Shown one piece after another: positions 61,010-64,000 of a stretch of DNA of 64,000 nt. The stretch's first letter is position 1, and every line of letters starts with the position of its first letter. The notes under the pieces were generated by a model. It saw only the letters and a list, made by a program, of their open reading frames with translations, was not told the DNA's origin and did not search any database. The translations under genes and the position numbers were made by a program. Origin of the DNA: the human T2T-CHM13v2.0 reference genome, Homo sapiens; the NCBI RefSeq assembly GCF_009914755.1, contig NC_060935.1. One strand, 5' to 3'.

Positions 61010-61562
61010 TTGGTCAACAGATAAATGCATAAAGAAAACATGGTATGTATACATAATAGGATACTACTCAGCTTTACAAAAAAGAAGGAAATCCTGCCAT
61101 TTGTGACAACATGAAAGGAGACCTGAAGGACATCAAGTTAAGTAAAATAAGCCAGGCACAGGAAGACAAATACCACATAATGTTACTTATATGTGTCATC
61201 TAAGAAAGAATGTAACCGAATTTACAGAAGTAGAGAGTAGAATGGTAGTTACCAGGTGCTGGTGGGGGTGGGAGGGGGTTGGGTAGCTGTTATTCAAAGG
61301 ATACAAAATTTCAGATAGACAGGAAGAATAAGTTCAAGAGATCTATTGTACAACATGGTGACTATAGTTTATAACAATTTATTCTTGAAAATTGCTAAGA
61401 CAGTAGATTTTCTGCTTTTATCACAAAAAAAGATAAGCATGTAAGGTAATATACATGGTAATTATCTTGACTTAGCCATTTCACAATATACACATATTTC
61501 AAAATATAATGTGGTACACAATAAATACAATTGGCATTTGTCAATTAAAATTTTATAAAACA
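61010..61562 (+). mobile_element. L1MA-type 3' end inserted in a MIR
   Basis: ggaagaataagttcaagagatctattgtacaacatggtgactatagtt; TSD-like agaatacaa. Confidence 0.8.
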
Positions 61563-63917
61563 AGAATACAAGTTCTGGAACCAGGATCTTTGGGCTTGAG
61601 TCCTGCTTCTGTCCCTCACTAGCAAGTTATAGAACCCCTCTAACTCAGTTTCTCAGCTACAAAACAAAAACTTGAAATCATGCCTTCCATACTATGGATG
61701 AGAGAATTAAATAAATTAATCAGTGCAAAGCTCTTAGACTAAAGTCTAGTATTAGCCAGTTATCACTGAGCACAATCTGTTATTGATATTATTCATATCA
61801 TTTATTAAAAAATAAAGATTTGACTATCTTTGAGATTCATTCTAACTTCCAATTCTATGCTGTTTGGGATGATATTGATAAAGGAGAATTATGCAGTTAG
61901 CATTTAGCTATATATCACAACGAGGTTAAATATTGAGCCTTAGAATTCTGAAAAGTATTGTGAAATCAGAATAAATTTAAATAAAAATTCTCATAATTCC
62001 TTCACAATTTATTGGCAAGTCTCAAACAACTATAATACTAAAAATATATTTTATTTTGAGAGTAAATCAATCATTTTCGCTAGCTTCTTAAATTGCTAGA
62101 CATTTTAAAGTATCATTTCACCTAAAATGTAAAGCTAGTAGTCCATACAGTGTGGGGTTTAAAATGTTCTTGCGTGTGTTCATACAGCTGTTCATTATAG
62201 TGGCTAATATTGGACTAAGGAGAACAATAGACTAAATAGTGACCAAGTCACTAATTCAGTAGGTGATAGTGAACAAATCACCTCAATCTCATTTCTCCAT
62301 TTCGGAAAATGAAAAGTTAAGTAAAGATATCAAAGTTTCCTTCCAAGTCTAAAACTCTATGAATCAGTGTCTATTGTAAATAGATAAAGAATATAATTTC
62401 ATCAAAGAAATATAACCCATTTCACCCATCAATAAACAAGAAAATTGTGTCTAAATAACAGAATGTTAAGAATAAAAACAAATAAGCAAAATAACACTCA
62501 TCTAAAAATGTCCCCTGAATTGTTATCATAACATGTGCCTGAGCAACTCTAGCTAGTGATTTTACAGTCTGTATAATTAGGATTTAATGACCAAATCTCT
62601 TCTGAAAGTAACAGGGATCATATATTCATTCTCAGCAGAATTAAAGCTGCCCAGGCCAGCTGTGAAACTAACATTGACTTAAAATCCTAGATCCATTTGT
62701 CCAGAGACTCCAGTCTCTGACCTTAAGAAATTCACATGACATCAGATTTCTGTCTCTGTAAAATGTTATGATATAACTTCTAGGACTCTTGAGAGGGTAA
62801 ATTAGTTAATGTTTCTAATGGATAATGATTGACTAAAGAAAGATAATCCCAGTGTTTCACTAGAAAGAATCTGAATGCTCAAGAGCATAGATATTTCAAT
62901 AAAAGTTTAAAAAAAGCTTCAAGATCATGCAGCAGATCTAAAACAATATTTGTGAATAAAAGCAAAATAAAAATTAAAATCTTATCCTGACACCATGTGA
63001 ATAACTAGTTTGAAATTGAATAGTTTGGAGGGAAAAATATAATATATATAACTAAGACACATTGAATATATATATATAACTAAGACACATTGAATCTGAT
63101 ATCATAAAATCATTCTCTTTTCAAGTTAAAATGTTTATGGGAATTACATGATATTCTTTAATTATTAAAATGTAAAAAACGCAACTCAAAACAGGTAAAC
63201 ATGAATTCAAGAGCTCCTATAAATGGTGTTTTGAGTTAAACTGCTCCAATATTTCCAAAAAAAGAAAAGAAAACTACATTTCTGAGAGTTGAACACAACC
63301 TGTTACTAATTTCTATAAAGTTCAGGCAACTACATTTTCCATTCTTGAAAATAAATAAATGAAAATGGATTTAATCTTAAGCAATCAATGAAGTGACTTA
63401 TTTAAAAGGTTGCCATGGGGGAGTGGAGCAGGCTATTGTTTGGTTTGTTGGTTTGCTTGTTTCGGTGTTCATTTTGGCTTCTCTCAATAGATTTTTTTTT
63501 CCTCTTAGCTAATTTTAAGATTCCAAAACTCATGACATGTCACAATTAAACATCTCCTAGGAAGTGCACAGTCTGATTAGCACATTAACTCAGGCATAAA
63601 CCAGCCATGACCACGTTGCCTCCACTCTGGATCAGACCAGTCTGGGGAAGGATAATCATGATGAGAACCCCCAATAAAACATATTAATCCCAATGTTATA
63701 TTTTATCTTCTAGCAATTAAGATCTTATTTTTTCTATCAATTCGTATGTATTTTTTTTACTCTTTAATTTTATTACGAGAATAATAACCCAGAAATAAAA
63801 GTGGATACTCTAGTTCTGAGAAGTAAATACTTTCACCTTCATTCTCAAAGATTCCCACCTTCAGAAAACTCAGAAGATGAGACAGAAGTCAGGGAGATTT
63901 TTATAGTTCTATACCAA

Positions 63918-64000
63918 TTTTATTTATTTATTTAAATAAATAAATAAATAAATTTATTTATTTAAATATTTATTTATTTATTTAGCTGTGTCACCCAGGC
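63918..64000 (-). mobile_element. Tail of a minus-strand Alu running off the window
   Basis: (TTTA)n followed by gctgtgtcacccaggc. Confidence 0.7.

Overview
AT-rich, repeat-dense primate (most likely human) genomic DNA, not microbial. The only host gene I can find is NOX4 (NADPH oxidase 4) on the minus strand. Five GT-AG exons splice into one open frame: 29437-29547, 27092-27176, 21791-21888, 18346-18373 and 10460-10532. They encode LGLCLSRAS...PMCRTLL...RRTRRLLDKSRTFHITCG...VHVAAHLVN...DPRKLLFTTVPGLTGVCMVVVLFLMITASTYAIR, which matches my recollection of canonical exons 3-7 (about aa 52-183). The rest is intron, containing a full-length but dead L1PA5-like element, a stacked L1PA16/L1PA4/AluY cluster, other L1s, Alus, MIRs, MaLR LTRs, DNA-transposon fossils and simple repeats. 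Nearly all ORFs in the track are L1 fragments or noise. I see no new protein-coding system. The best leads are: (1) shared non-consensus substitutions between two direct-repeat L1s bracketing exons 3-7, suggesting ectopic gene conversion; (2) a 142-bp duplication on both sides of exon 4, each copy containing a 24-nt microexon-like unit; (3) an L1 antisense promoter pointing along NOX4; (4) a perfect 54-bp palindrome; (5) candidate recursive splice sites. Repeat subfamily calls and exon numbering come from remembered consensus sequences, and boundaries of old repeats are approximate.
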